DNA of 64,000 nucleotides from Thermodesulfobium acidiphilum. Lineage in GTDB: Bacteria > Thermodesulfobiota > Thermodesulfobiia > Thermodesulfobiales > Thermodesulfobiaceae. Positions 10,389 through 21,083 of this stretch are shown here, in pieces (position 1 is the first letter of the stretch; each line of letters begins with the position of its first letter). Below the pieces are notes generated by a model. That model searched no databases. It saw nothing but the letters and a program-made list of their open reading frames with translations, and had not been told where the DNA came from. The position numbers were made by a program, and so were the translations under genes. The DNA is taken from positions 670,916-734,915 of the forward strand of contig NZ_CP020921.1 of NCBI RefSeq assembly GCF_003057965.1, in the 5' to 3' direction.

Positions 10389-12092
10389 TTAGTAAAAACC
10401 GCTAACGCCTGCTTCCAGGTTATAGATTTCTTTAAATCCTTTATTTTTCAGCATTACTGATGCCTGGTATGATCTTGAACCTGTTCCACAGAATATAATA
10501 ATTTTTTTATTTTTGATATATTCTAAATCAGAATTATATAAATAATCAATAGGTATATTAATGGCGTTCTTAAATGGTGAAGGAACCCTTTTAAATTCAT
10601 CTTCTGACCTTACATCTAATAATACTACGTTTTCCATATTATTATCTTTTTCAAACATTTCTTTTACTTCTTCGAACGAAATTCCTTTATACATATTGTT
10701 CTTTTTGTTTTCATATATTTGAAAGCCTTGGACCAGAATGTCTACAGAATTTGAAAATGGAGGCGAATAGGATAAATCTAAGTTTAAAACTTTATTATGA
10801 GGAATTTTATTTTGAATGATTGTCGCAGCAACATCAATTGTTTTATCTACACTGGCTTTTTTACCAATACATTGAGCTCCGATTAAATTGTCAGTATTTT
10901 TATCAAAAATTAGTTTGATATTTATTTTATTACTTTCAGTCATATAATGTGGTTTATCGAAGCCGGAATAATAAACTGTTTCAAAATTAATATTCAAATC
11001 CTTTGCCTCTTTTTCGCTCAAGCCGGTTCTAGCAATATTGAAGTCTAATATTTTAACAATTGCAGTACCAATCGCCCCATCAAAGGCTTGAGAGTTGTTT
11101 TTTATAATGTTATTTGCAACAAGTCTTCCCAGTCTATTAGCATAAGTTGCCATTGGTGCGTAAAAGGTTTTGTTTGTTAATAAATTTTTTATTTCTATAC
11201 AGTCACCAACTGCATAAATATCTGGATTTGAGGTTTGTAAAAACTCATTTGTAACTATTGAGCCTCTTGCTGAGATTTCTAGTCCAGCTTTTTTTGCTAT
11301 TTCTGTGTTTGGTCTTACTCCCGAGCAAATGAGAAACATATCTGCATTCACTTCTCTTTTTTCAGAAATGGCTTTAATTGTTTTTTTATTTTCTGAGACA
11401 AATTTTACTATTTTTTCACCTGTATATATTTCTATTCCACTATTGAACATTTGTTTTTTTAAATATAATCCTATTTCTTTGTCTATAAGTGTAGCAAGTG
11501 GCCAATCAAAGATTTCAAAGAGTGAAACATCTATGTTTGAATTGAAAAGTGATGAGGCAACTTCACATCCAATTAAGCCAGAGCCCAAAATACAAACGCT
11601 ATTAACTTCATTCTCTTCTAAATATGACTTAATTTTTATGACATCTGATGGAGACTTAAGTGTAAATAGGTTTTTATCTTCAATTGAAAGTCCTTCTATA
11701 GGAGGTACAATGGCTTGTGAACCGGTGGATATTACAAGTTTATTGTATTGAAATTTAAATTTTTCATTACTAGCATTATTTAAAGCGAGAACAGTTTTTG
11801 ATTTTGGATCAATTTCGGTAACTAAGTAATTTAGCAGTAAATCTATGTTAGCATAATTCTTGAAATAATTTTTATCTCTTAAAGATCCAAATGATGTCTT
11901 TTGTAGGTCATTAAAGTCTTTAACTAATCCTTCCAAATAAAACGGCATTCCGCAGGCAGCAAATGAAGGATAAGTTCCCTTATCAATTACTAAAATCCTC
12001 TGGTTAAAATCTAGCCTTTTTAGTCTCATTGCAGTTTTGAGTCCTGCTGGCCCAGCTCCGATAACGATTACATTAAATTTATCCAAGTTCAT
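10389..12092 (-). CDS. CoA-disulfide/persulfide reductase with C-terminal rhodanese domain
   Basis: GAGPAG FAD motif, SFAACGMP redox Cys, YAVGDC, YSPPF, rhodanese DVR...FCGTGSRS. Confidence 0.88.
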   Translation of the reverse strand: MNLDKFNVIVIGAGPAGLKTAMRLKRLDFNQRILVIDKGTYPSFAACGMPFYLEGLVKDFNDLQKTSFGSLRDKNYFKNYANIDLLLNYLVTEIDPKSKTVLALNNASNEKFKFQYNKLVISTGSQAIVPPIEGLSIEDKNLFTLKSPSDVIKIKSYLEENEVNSVCILGSGLIGCEVASSLFNSNIDVSLFEIFDWPLATLIDKEIGLYLKKQMFNSGIEIYTGEKIVKFVSENKKTIKAISEKREVNADMFLICSGVRPNTEIAKKAGLEISARGSIVTNEFLQTSNPDIYAVGDCIEIKNLLTNKTFYAPMATYANRLGRLVANNIIKNNSQAFDGAIGTAIVKILDFNIARTGLSEKEAKDLNINFETVYYSGFDKPHYMTESNKINIKLIFDKNTDNLIGAQCIGKKASVDKTIDVAATIIQNKIPHNKVLNLDLSYSPPFSNSVDILVQGFQIYENKKNNMYKGISFEEVKEMFEKDNNMENVVLLDVRSEDEFKRVPSPFKNAINIPIDYLYNSDLEYIKNKKIIIFCGTGSRSYQASVMLKNKGFKEIYNLEAGVSGFY

Positions 12093-12209
12093 GCCTCCTA
12101 AAAAATTACTTGATATAAATATTTTATTACAATTTTTTAGTTTTATTACAAATTTTTAATTTTACAACTTTTTTACTTTGTTTAAGCAAATTAAATTATA
12201 ATATATTTT

Positions 12210-14534
12210 ATGTCATTTAAATTTGATGCTGAAGATTTAGATTATAAAGATGTTCTAAAAAACATTTGCAAAAAAGCACTTTTGCCTTTTGTTATAGAAA
12301 GTATTTTAAATATTAAACCTCTAGAATTTTTTGAACTAAAAACAAGGCAAAAATGCATAGATGATGCAATTAATGTTATTTGGAAATACTCTGATCCTAG
12401 AGAAAGGCTACAGGACATTGCGATTGATTCACTTATTAATTATAAAAATCACCTTCCTTTTTCCTTTAAAAACTATTTTGGACTGTTACTCTTTTTAAGA
12501 GCAGTTAGTTCAATTAGAGAATTTTTTTTGAAAACAGAACTTACTTCTAATTTTTTTTATGATTGTTCGTTAAAGCTAAATTTTCCACAAAAATTTTTTA
12601 ATCTTCTTGTAAATATTTTTGATGATGAAGGTAATATAAAGGATAGTGCAAGTGAAAAATTAGGCGAAATAAGAAAAAGCATAAAAAAACTTGAAAAGGA
12701 ACTTAATGGTTTACTTAATGACTATGTTAGAGGTGAAAACAAAAAGTATTTCCAAGAAAGTATTGTTTTAGAAAGAAATGGTTTTTATTTACTACCTGTA
12801 AAAATTGAATACTTGGATAAGATTCCGGGAACAATTAGGGATACTTCAGCTTCAGGACTTACAGCATATGTTGAGCCGTATATTTGTGCACAGATAGTTA
12901 GTAAGATTAGATTGAAAAAGGAAGAAGAAATAAACGAATTAAAGTCAATACTAATAAGTCTTGATAAAAATTTTTCTGAATATAGAGTATTAATTCAGGA
13001 ATGTATTAATTTTTACGAAACTGTAGACTTTTTTTTCTCTTTAGGAAAATATGCTAAAGAAAATAATTGTGTAAAGCCAGAGTTTGTTGATGAAATGGTA
13101 ATTGATTTTAAAAATACAAAACATCCTCTCCTAAGTAACCCAGTGGGTCAGGATTTTTTTCTAAACGAAAATTTAAGAGGTTTTATATTAACTGGAGCAA
13201 ATGGAGGAGGCAAATCTGTTGCTTTAAAGAACCTTGGTTTGAACGTGTTTTTAGCTCTAAGTGGACTTTTTGTACACGCAAGTAGTGCAAAAATTGGTCC
13301 TTTTAAGGGGTTATATTCAGATTTATGTGATATCCAGGATTTAAGTTTGGGTTTTAGTTCCTTCACCTATCATATAAACAGATTAAAACATTTTTTAGAG
13401 AATGACCTAACAGATTCGATAATTTTAATGGACGAACTTGGTAGTGACACAGATCCTAAAGAGGGTTATGCTCTGGCAAAGTCAATTATTAAATATCTTT
13501 TAAAAAAGGGCGCATTTGTTTGTATAACTACTCATATTGCCGAATTAAAAATAACAAATATTGAAGGTTTTCATATAGCCATAGGTGCAATGGAGTATGA
13601 TAAGAATTCAAATCTCCCCACTTATAGACTTTTGTGGAATTCTGTAGGCAATAGTCATGCTTTAGATGTAGCAAAGAAAATGGGTTTACCTTCGGAAATT
13701 ATTTCTGATGCAAAAAAATATCTTCTTAGCGATCAGGTTTATAATGAAATGATAAAGTTGAGCGAACTTACAGAATTTTATTACAAAAAAATTGAAGATT
13801 TGAACGATAAAGAAAGATCTTTAGAGAAAGAAAAAAATTTTTTAGAGAAGAAATTTAATCAACTTGAAAGTGCTATGAAAGAGCAGTATGAAGAAAAGAT
13901 ATCTCAATTGAATAAAATTTTGTCTTCTGTAGATTTGGTTGCTAAAGAATTGAAAAGAAATTTGAATCAACCAAAAAAAGATTTAGTGCTAGAAAGTTTA
14001 AAGAAATGGGAAGAATTGAGTAGCCTAATTAATGATGAAATTTTAAAAAAGGGAGAGAATCCTAAAGATAATATAGAGATAAATATTGGCGATTATGTTA
14101 ATATATCAACAATGAATATATCAGGAAGGGTAGTAAAAAAACAAGGAAGAAGGAGTTTAGTACAAACAGAAAAATCTAAAATCTGGATTAATAATTCTTT
14201 GTTAACTTTTGAGAGGGATGAGTCTGATAAAAAGCTTGAAAGAGAACGTATTAATACTTTTAATGTCTTGAATAACTTGAAGAGTGTTGGTTCTAATTTT
14301 GAGATTAGTGTTAGAGGCTTGAGGGCTGAAGAAGCAATACAAAAGGTTGAAAAATTTATAGATAAATCATTGATTTCCAATATTCCTTATGTGAGAATTG
14401 TACATGGCAAAGGAGAAGGCATATTAAGAAAAATTATTCATGAAATATTGGAAAAACATCCACAAGTTAAAAGTTTTAACTTAGCCGATCCTCATGAAGG
14501 AGGTGCAGGAGTTACAATTGTGCATTTTAAATAA
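12210..14534 (+). CDS. mutS2: MutS2 endonuclease/ATPase with Smr domain
   Basis: TGANGGGKS Walker A, DELGSDTDP.EG, TTH, C-terminal IVHGKGEGIL..GGAGVT. Confidence 0.9.
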   Translation: MSFKFDAEDLDYKDVLKNICKKALLPFVIESILNIKPLEFFELKTRQKCIDDAINVIWKYSDPRERLQDIAIDSLINYKNHLPFSFKNYFGLLLFLRAVSSIREFFLKTELTSNFFYDCSLKLNFPQKFFNLLVNIFDDEGNIKDSASEKLGEIRKSIKKLEKELNGLLNDYVRGENKKYFQESIVLERNGFYLLPVKIEYLDKIPGTIRDTSASGLTAYVEPYICAQIVSKIRLKKEEEINELKSILISLDKNFSEYRVLIQECINFYETVDFFFSLGKYAKENNCVKPEFVDEMVIDFKNTKHPLLSNPVGQDFFLNENLRGFILTGANGGGKSVALKNLGLNVFLALSGLFVHASSAKIGPFKGLYSDLCDIQDLSLGFSSFTYHINRLKHFLENDLTDSIILMDELGSDTDPKEGYALAKSIIKYLLKKGAFVCITTHIAELKITNIEGFHIAIGAMEYDKNSNLPTYRLLWNSVGNSHALDVAKKMGLPSEIISDAKKYLLSDQVYNEMIKLSELTEFYYKKIEDLNDKERSLEKEKNFLEKKFNQLESAMKEQYEEKISQLNKILSSVDLVAKELKRNLNQPKKDLVLESLKKWEELSSLINDEILKKGENPKDNIEINIGDYVNISTMNISGRVVKKQGRRSLVQTEKSKIWINNSLLTFERDESDKKLERERINTFNVLNNLKSVGSNFEISVRGLRAEEAIQKVEKFIDKSLISNIPYVRIVHGKGEGILRKIIHEILEKHPQVKSFNLADPHEGGAGVTIVHFK

Positions 14535-15156
14535 ATTATTTTTTAGAAAAATCTATATTTTGTTGTTTTTATTTCTTATAATAATACCAACAAGTGCTTT
14601 TGCTGATGATTTAATATTCACGCCTTCTCCTTGGCAGCTGGCAAAGCTTCCTTTGAATAGCAGTCTTAACCTGGACTTTTCTTCTGGTGAATTTATTCCA
14701 GGCCAGCAAAACTCAATACAAAGAGTTTCAATTATTGTATTGAGCAATGATAATCCATTCTGGGATTCGGATAAGGCAGCTGTTTATCTTACAGAGGGTG
14801 AAAAAGAAAGATATTATTCTCCAATTCCTGGTAACTTTTTTGGTCCCCCAGAATCAAGATGGTTTTTTATTACCTTTTCAAGGTTGGCTTCATTTAGTAG
14901 TTGTACCGTGAAAGTAATTTTGAAGGGCGCAATTGTGCCAACGGCTAATCTATATTTTTATACTAGCAATGGAATTTATAAAAATACAAAAATAGGTTTT
15001 GGATATTATGACACTGTTAGCTATACTTTTAAATTAGGGCAGCCAGGGGATAGTATTACTTTAGTAATTTTGAATTCACCATCAGATTCAGGTCCTAATA
15101 TGGTATCTAACTGGAGATCTTTGGATTATAAAATAGAAGTTTCAGGAAATCCCTAG
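14518..15156 (+). CDS. Hypothetical exported protein
   Basis: Hydrophobic signal peptide ending SAFA-DD; TTG start after AGGAG (ORF track begins 14494). Confidence 0.65.
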   Translation: MCILNKLFFRKIYILLFLFLIIIPTSAFADDLIFTPSPWQLAKLPLNSSLNLDFSSGEFIPGQQNSIQRVSIIVLSNDNPFWDSDKAAVYLTEGEKERYYSPIPGNFFGPPESRWFFITFSRLASFSSCTVKVILKGAIVPTANLYFYTSNGIYKNTKIGFGYYDTVSYTFKLGQPGDSITLVILNSPSDSGPNMVSNWRSLDYKIEVSGNP

Positions 15157-15158
15157 TG

Positions 15159-15187
15159 TTTACAATATTCATTCTAGTAACTATAAT
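15159..15187 (+). promoter_or_regulatory. Sigma70-type promoter of greA-lysS
   Basis: TTTACA-17 bp-TATAAT. Confidence 0.65.
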
Positions 15188-15216
15188 ACATAGGAATTTT
15201 AGTACAGGAGGGTCAT

Positions 15217-15696
15217 ATGAAAGAAATAATTAATTTGACTCAAGAAGGTTACGATAGATTAAAAAACGAACTCGAATATCTTAGGGATGTTAAATTAAAA
15301 GAAATATCTGAAAGGATTCAAGAAGCAAAAGACTTTGCAGAAGATTTTGGTAACCTTGAATATGAAGAGGCAAAGAGCGAACAAGCTATGGTTCTTGCAA
15401 GAATTAATGAATTAGAAGCTCAGCTTTCCAATGCAAGAATAATTGATAAAGATAAAATAGAAATATCAAGAGTTGGCATAGGTTGTAAAGTCATAGTAAA
15501 GGATCTTAACAAAAAAATTATAAAGGAATATACTATTTTAGAACCTATTGAAGCAGATCCTGTAAATGGAAAGATATCCTTTCAATCTCCAGTAGGAAAA
15601 GCTTTATTTGGGAAACAGGTAGGAGATGAAGTCACTGTTCACACTCCAGGTGGTCAAACAATAAAATTAAAGGTGGTAAGCATTGAAAGGGCATGA
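15217..15696 (+). CDS. greA: Transcription elongation factor GreA (atypical tip motif)
   Basis: LT.EGY..LK.EL..L, EYEEAK.EQ, EADP..GKIS..SPVGKAL.GK.VGD; upstream of lysS. Confidence 0.9.
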   Translation: MKEIINLTQEGYDRLKNELEYLRDVKLKEISERIQEAKDFAEDFGNLEYEEAKSEQAMVLARINELEAQLSNARIIDKDKIEISRVGIGCKVIVKDLNKKIIKEYTILEPIEADPVNGKISFQSPVGKALFGKQVGDEVTVHTPGGQTIKLKVVSIERA

Positions 15697-17185
15697 TGAA
15701 GAATCTTTTTTAATTGGCAACGACTTAGAAGACGAATGCTATAGGCAAAGACTTGCAAAAATAAATGCACTAAGGGATATGAAAATTGACCCATATCCAG
15801 TTGAGTCTAATTTTGTTGACTATATTTCAAATATAAAGAATAGATTTGAAGAAAATAAGTTATCTAAAACAGAAGAAGTAATAGTAGTTGGACGACTCTT
15901 TTCTAAAAGGCTTCACGGGAAGATGAGTTTTGCTGATATAATAGATTTTAGTGGGAAAATCCAAATACAATTAAAAAAGGATGTTTTAGGTGATCAGTAT
16001 GATCTTTTTAAAAATTATATTGATATAGGAGATTTTGTTCAGGTTTCCGGTAATCTTTTTAGAACTAAAACAGGTGAAATTACTGTTTTAGTTAAAAAGT
16101 TGAAAATATTGTCGAAGTCCTTAAGGACTTTGCCAGAAAAATGGCATGGCTTAAAAAACGTTGAGTTAAGATATAGATTCAGGTATTTGGATCTCATATC
16201 TAACCCAAAAACAAGAGATGTTTTTGTAAAAAGAAGTAAGATAATAAGTTATATTAGAAAGTTTTTTGAAGAGAGAGGTTTTCTGGAAGTTGAAACTCCA
16301 ATGCTACACATAATACCGGGAGGCGCATCTGCAAAACCTTTTGTAACTTATCATAACGTTTTAGAGAAAAATTTGTTTTTGAGAATTGCTCCAGAATTAT
16401 ACTTGAAAAGACTCTTGATTGGTAATTTTCATAAAATTTTTGAAATAAATAGATCTTTCAGAAACGAAGGAGTTTCTGTTAAGCACAATCCAGAGTTTAC
16501 AATGTTAGAAGCCTATCAGGCTTATTCTGATTTGAAGGATATGATGTCCCTTGCAGAGGAGCTTTTATCTTATCTTTGTCAAAACATTTTGGGTACTACA
16601 GATATTGTTTATCAGGGGAAAACTTACAGTTTTAAGCCCCCTTTGAGAAGACTTGATTTTGACGAATCAATCAAAGAATATGTTGGATTAACTGAGGATC
16701 AGCTAAAAGATAAAGCTTTTTTGCAATCCTTTGTAAAGGATTTAGGATGCCAATTTAGCAAGGAATGGGGGCTTGGAAAATTAAAACTTGAAATATTTGA
16801 ACATCTTGTAGAGAAGAAAATTGAAGAACCTACCTTTGTAATTGGTTATCCGGCAGAAGTTTCTCCACTGGCAAAAAAAGATCCATTGAACCCAGAAAAG
16901 GCTCACAGATTTGAGCTGATTGTAGCTGGCAGGGAAATAGGAAATGCTCATAGCGAATTAAACGATCCGATTTATCAAAAAAATATGTTTTTAGAACAGG
17001 CAAGATTGAAAGAAATTGGGGATGAAGAAGCTCAAAGTATGGATGATGATTTTATTTTTGCACTTGAGCATGGCATGCCACCTGCAGGCGGTCTGGGTTT
17101 GGGGATTGATAGAATAGTTATGCTCTTGACCGATTCTCCTTCGATAAGGGATGTTATATTTTTTCCCCATTTAAAACCAAATTAA
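15683..17185 (+). CDS. lysS: Lysine--tRNA ligase (class II)
   Basis: LPEKWHGL, LRIAPELYLKRL, FRNEG..HNPEFTMLE, GLGIDR. Confidence 0.97.
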   Translation: MKGHDEESFLIGNDLEDECYRQRLAKINALRDMKIDPYPVESNFVDYISNIKNRFEENKLSKTEEVIVVGRLFSKRLHGKMSFADIIDFSGKIQIQLKKDVLGDQYDLFKNYIDIGDFVQVSGNLFRTKTGEITVLVKKLKILSKSLRTLPEKWHGLKNVELRYRFRYLDLISNPKTRDVFVKRSKIISYIRKFFEERGFLEVETPMLHIIPGGASAKPFVTYHNVLEKNLFLRIAPELYLKRLLIGNFHKIFEINRSFRNEGVSVKHNPEFTMLEAYQAYSDLKDMMSLAEELLSYLCQNILGTTDIVYQGKTYSFKPPLRRLDFDESIKEYVGLTEDQLKDKAFLQSFVKDLGCQFSKEWGLGKLKLEIFEHLVEKKIEEPTFVIGYPAEVSPLAKKDPLNPEKAHRFELIVAGREIGNAHSELNDPIYQKNMFLEQARLKEIGDEEAQSMDDDFIFALEHGMPPAGGLGLGIDRIVMLLTDSPSIRDVIFFPHLKPN

Positions 17186-17204
17186 TTATGGAAGGTGAAT
17201 TTAT

Positions 17205-18773
17205 TTGGGATTTGATGAAACTATTGACGATTTAAGATGTCTTATTGACATCTTACCAGATGATTTTAAGTATCCAATATTAGAGCTCAAGAATCTAAAC
17301 GATATTGTAGAAATTGTCCTGGATCTAGGTAGGTATCCTGAAGTAAGATTTTCAGAAGATGCATTTGAAATAACTACTAAACAGGTAACAAGAGAAGATT
17401 TGCAAAACGTGGTAAATAAAGTTGGCGTTTTTTCAGGGGATAATAGGGCAGGTATAGAAAGAACATTGCACAGAATTTCGTGTATTAGAAACAGATCTGG
17501 AGAGATTGTCGGTCTAACGCTCAGAGTAGGTAGGGCTGTTTTTGGTACTATAGATATAATAAAGGATATAGTAGAAAGCAAAGAAAATATACTTTTGATG
17601 GGTCCACCTGGTATTGGTAAAACTACAAAATTGAGAGAAATTGCCAGGGTTTTGTCTGTAGATATGAAAAGAAGGGTAATTGTAATAGATACCTCTAACG
17701 AAATAGGTGGAGACGGAGATATACCTCATCCTGCAATAGGAAAATCAAGAAGAATGCAGGTACCAACCCCTGAGAAACAGCATGCTGTTATGATTGAAGC
17801 TGTGGAAAATCACATGCCACAAGTCATTATAGTAGATGAAATAGGCACAGAATTAGAAGCTCAGGCGGCAAGAACTATAGCGGAAAGAGGAGTTCAACTT
17901 ATTGCAACTGCTCATGGCAACAGTTTGGTAAATCTAATTATGAATCCAACTTTAAGTGACCTTGTAGGAGGGGTTCAAGTAGTAACTTTATCAGATGAAG
18001 AAGCTAAGAGAAGAAGAACACAAAAGACAATACAAGAAAGGAAAACCCAACCAACTTTTAATGTAGTTATAGAACTTATAGATAGGGAAAAGATGGTGAT
18101 CCACAAAAACGTGGATAAAGTTGTAGATCAGCTATTAAAGGGTGAACAAATAACACCAGAAGTACGTTCAAAATCTAGCAATGGGGAAATAATAGTTGAA
18201 GAACACCGTATGGAGTTAAAAGAGGATAGATTTGAAAACAAAAATTCTTATTATAATAATAATTTTGAAGCAAGAAAGAGTTCTGAGGTAAACGTTTGTA
18301 AAGAATTTTTGAATATATTTTCATTTGGGGTTAGTAAAGATATTTTAGAAAGAGTATCAAAGGAGTTAAGAGTTTCAACAAATATAGTAAAGGATTTAAA
18401 CGTTGCTGATGTTGTTATAACCTTAAAAGGTTTTTTGAAGTCAAGAGGTAAATTCTTTGATGAAGTTGAAGGAAAAAATCTTCCTGTATACGTTATGAGG
18501 AGCAATACCATAACACAAGCGAGAAAGGTTTTGTCGGAGATTGTACAGCTTAAACCAGTTAGTTTTGAAGATATGGATTTTGAAAAATTTGAAGCTTTAA
18601 GGGAAGCGGAAGAAGCTATTAAAAAAGTTTTAAGAGATAAAGTTTCAGTCGAATTAAGTCCCAGAAATGCTTATTTCAGAAGACTTCAACATCAACTGGT
18701 AGAAAAATACAATCTTTTTTCAGAAAGTCTGGATGAAGAACCCAGGAGAAGAGTGAAGATCTTTGCAAAATAA
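17205..18773 (+). CDS. Ycf45/SpoIIIAA-like AAA ATPase with C-terminal R3H domain
   Basis: LDLGR.PE, TLHRIS.IRNR, GPPGIGKTT, EAVENHMP..I.VDEIG, RRLQHQL. Confidence 0.85.
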   Translation: MGFDETIDDLRCLIDILPDDFKYPILELKNLNDIVEIVLDLGRYPEVRFSEDAFEITTKQVTREDLQNVVNKVGVFSGDNRAGIERTLHRISCIRNRSGEIVGLTLRVGRAVFGTIDIIKDIVESKENILLMGPPGIGKTTKLREIARVLSVDMKRRVIVIDTSNEIGGDGDIPHPAIGKSRRMQVPTPEKQHAVMIEAVENHMPQVIIVDEIGTELEAQAARTIAERGVQLIATAHGNSLVNLIMNPTLSDLVGGVQVVTLSDEEAKRRRTQKTIQERKTQPTFNVVIELIDREKMVIHKNVDKVVDQLLKGEQITPEVRSKSSNGEIIVEEHRMELKEDRFENKNSYYNNNFEARKSSEVNVCKEFLNIFSFGVSKDILERVSKELRVSTNIVKDLNVADVVITLKGFLKSRGKFFDEVEGKNLPVYVMRSNTITQARKVLSEIVQLKPVSFEDMDFEKFEALREAEEAIKKVLRDKVSVELSPRNAYFRRLQHQLVEKYNLFSESLDEEPRRRVKIFAK

Positions 18774-19407
18774 TAAAAAGGGTTTATTTATTACTTTTGA
18801 AGGAATTGAAAAGTGTGGTAAAACTACACAGTCAAGATTGCTCTATGAAAAACTGCTATCCTTGGGAGAAGAAGTAGCATATTTTAAGGATCCAGGTGTT
18901 ACAAAAGTGGGAGAGAATTTTAGGGATATTTTGCTATATGGCAAAAATATTTCTGTTGAAACAGAGGTTTTATTATTTGCTGCTTGTAGGGCTCAGCTGG
19001 TAAATGAGTGCATTATTCCAGCGCTAAAGGAAGACAAAATTATTATTTGCGATAGGTTTTCCGACTCTACCTTTGCATATCAAGGTTATGGAAGAAACGT
19101 TAATTTATCATTTTTGGAAAATCTTGATAAATATGCGACAAAAGGGTTAAAGCCTGATGTCACATTTCTCTTTGACTTCTCTTTCTTTGAAGCAAAGGAG
19201 AGGGTTCTGGATAGTAAAGATAGAATGGAAACTGAAAGTGTAGATTTTCATAACAGGGTAAGGATAGGATATCTTATGCTTGCTTCTATGGAACCTGATA
19301 GGTTTTGTATTTTGCATCCAAAATTGAGTAAGGAAAAACTTCATGAAATTATTCTAAAAAAGGTTTTAGAGAGAAAGACTGAAAGAAGATGTTTGAAAAA
19401 AGATTAG
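18763..19407 (+). CDS. tmk: Thymidylate kinase
   Basis: FITFEGI..CGKTTQ, CDRF.DST.AYQGYGR, PD.TF. Confidence 0.93.
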   Translation: MQNNKKGLFITFEGIEKCGKTTQSRLLYEKLLSLGEEVAYFKDPGVTKVGENFRDILLYGKNISVETEVLLFAACRAQLVNECIIPALKEDKIIICDRFSDSTFAYQGYGRNVNLSFLENLDKYATKGLKPDVTFLFDFSFFEAKERVLDSKDRMETESVDFHNRVRIGYLMLASMEPDRFCILHPKLSKEKLHEIILKKVLERKTERRCLKKD

Positions 19408-20276
19408 AACAATTAGATAGACTTTTCGACAAAGTTAAAGAATTAGAGCTAAAGTCATTTGTAGTATGGGGCCCAAAGGGTTGTTTTAAAAAACAAATAG
19501 TGCTTAGGCTTTTAGAGAAGATTTATGGTTATAAATTTGATTCATTATACGAGAACAAACCAAACTTTTTTTCATTTGTTTTTGGCAAGCAGGTTGGAAA
19601 TGAATTATTGTCTGATAGGGAATTTTTAAGAGAAATATTGAACGATGTATTGTGGCAGAAGCGAATTAATAATGAAATTATTACAGTTTATGTAGAATTT
19701 GGAAACGATCCTCAAAGAATGAGAGATATTGTTGAAGTACCAGATTTTTTTTTAAAAATAGTAGAAGAGCCGCCCGAGAATACTTATTTTATTTTTTTGT
19801 CTGATTTTCAAATCATATCCACTTTACGGTCTCGATGTATTGAGATCTATGCACCTTTGTTTTCTGATGAAGAAAGTGCAGAATTACTTGTAAGTTTGGA
19901 TAAAAACCTTGAAAATGACGAAGAATTTGCGAATTTAGTTTATGGATGTCCTGGATTACTTTCTGATAAAGATGAAGCAACGTTAAAAGACATAAAAGAA
20001 AAAGTTAAATTAATGAAAGGCTTTATTAAATCAGAAAAATTTGGTAATCAAAGCTATCTGTTTGATAATATTTATAAAGATGTAGAGCCTTATCTTTCTA
20101 TATTCTTTTTTAAATCACAGTTACTTAACTTATTTAAAAAAAGAGAAATAGATTTTGACAAATATCTAAGTATTTTAAATAGAATAAAAATAGCAAATGA
20201 ATTTTATTTGAACAGAGTTAGTCCTTCATCGATATTTTTGATCACTAATTTTTTGTTGGATTCGAAGGAGATTTGA
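19389..20276 (+). CDS. holB: Divergent DNA polymerase III delta-prime subunit
   Basis: LKIVEEPP and STLRSRC motifs; conserved tmk-holB-yaaT order. Confidence 0.7.
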   Translation: MFEKRLEQLDRLFDKVKELELKSFVVWGPKGCFKKQIVLRLLEKIYGYKFDSLYENKPNFFSFVFGKQVGNELLSDREFLREILNDVLWQKRINNEIITVYVEFGNDPQRMRDIVEVPDFFLKIVEEPPENTYFIFLSDFQIISTLRSRCIEIYAPLFSDEESAELLVSLDKNLENDEEFANLVYGCPGLLSDKDEATLKDIKEKVKLMKGFIKSEKFGNQSYLFDNIYKDVEPYLSIFFFKSQLLNLFKKREIDFDKYLSILNRIKIANEFYLNRVSPSSIFLITNFLLDSKEI

Positions 20277-21083
20277 ATGAACTATTATTATGTTAAGGTA
20301 TTACCATTAAGGAGATTTGGTTATTTTTCGTCAGAAGAAATATTTTCAAAGGGTGATTGTGTTGTAGTTGAAGGAAATTTTGGAATTGAGATGGGAATTG
20401 TCGACTCCATTGTTGAAGGAGCTTTTGAAAATATTGAGAAAGTTAAAAGGATTATAAAATTAGCTAGCAAGGAAGATATTAGCGGAATACAAGAAAGAGA
20501 AGAAAAAGCCAAAGAGATTCTTTCTCTTTCAAAGGAGCTTGCGAGAGAACTAAAACTAGAAATGAAATTTCTTAAGGCTGCATATAATACTGACGGTTCT
20601 AAGGTTACGATTTACTTTACTGCAGATGGAAGAATTGATTTTAGAGAATTAATTAAAGAAATTACAAAAAGGGTAAAAAAAACAAGGGTTGAACTATTTC
20701 AGGTTGGTTCTAGAGATGCAGTAAAGCTACTTGGAGCTATCGGAAGTTGTGGCAGAGAGGTTTGTTGTACTACTTTTTTGGATGAGATTGATACCATTTC
20801 AGTGAAAATGGTTAAGGATCAAGGGCTTCAATTAAACCCTACTAAAATATCTGGCGTATGTGGAAGACTCTTATGTTGTATGGCATATGAATATCCCTTT
20901 TATGCTTCTTGCAAATCTCGTTTTCCGAACATAGATGATTTAATTAAGACTTCAAGAGGTATTGGAAGAGTTATTGAAAATAGATATCTAAAAGATTCGT
21001 TTGTTGTGATGTATGAAGATGGTTTAAAGGAAGAAATTTCTATAGATCAATGGCGCAATAAAAAGGACAATGAAAAGGCGTAG
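20277..21083 (+). CDS. ricT: PSP1-domain protein (YaaT/RicT)
   Basis: FTADGRIDFREL, G.CGRE.CC, KISG.CGRL.CC. Confidence 0.88.
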   Translation: MNYYYVKVLPLRRFGYFSSEEIFSKGDCVVVEGNFGIEMGIVDSIVEGAFENIEKVKRIIKLASKEDISGIQEREEKAKEILSLSKELARELKLEMKFLKAAYNTDGSKVTIYFTADGRIDFRELIKEITKRVKKTRVELFQVGSRDAVKLLGAIGSCGREVCCTTFLDEIDTISVKMVKDQGLQLNPTKISGVCGRLLCCMAYEYPFYASCKSRFPNIDDLIKTSRGIGRVIENRYLKDSFVVMYEDGLKEEISIDQWRNKKDNEKA

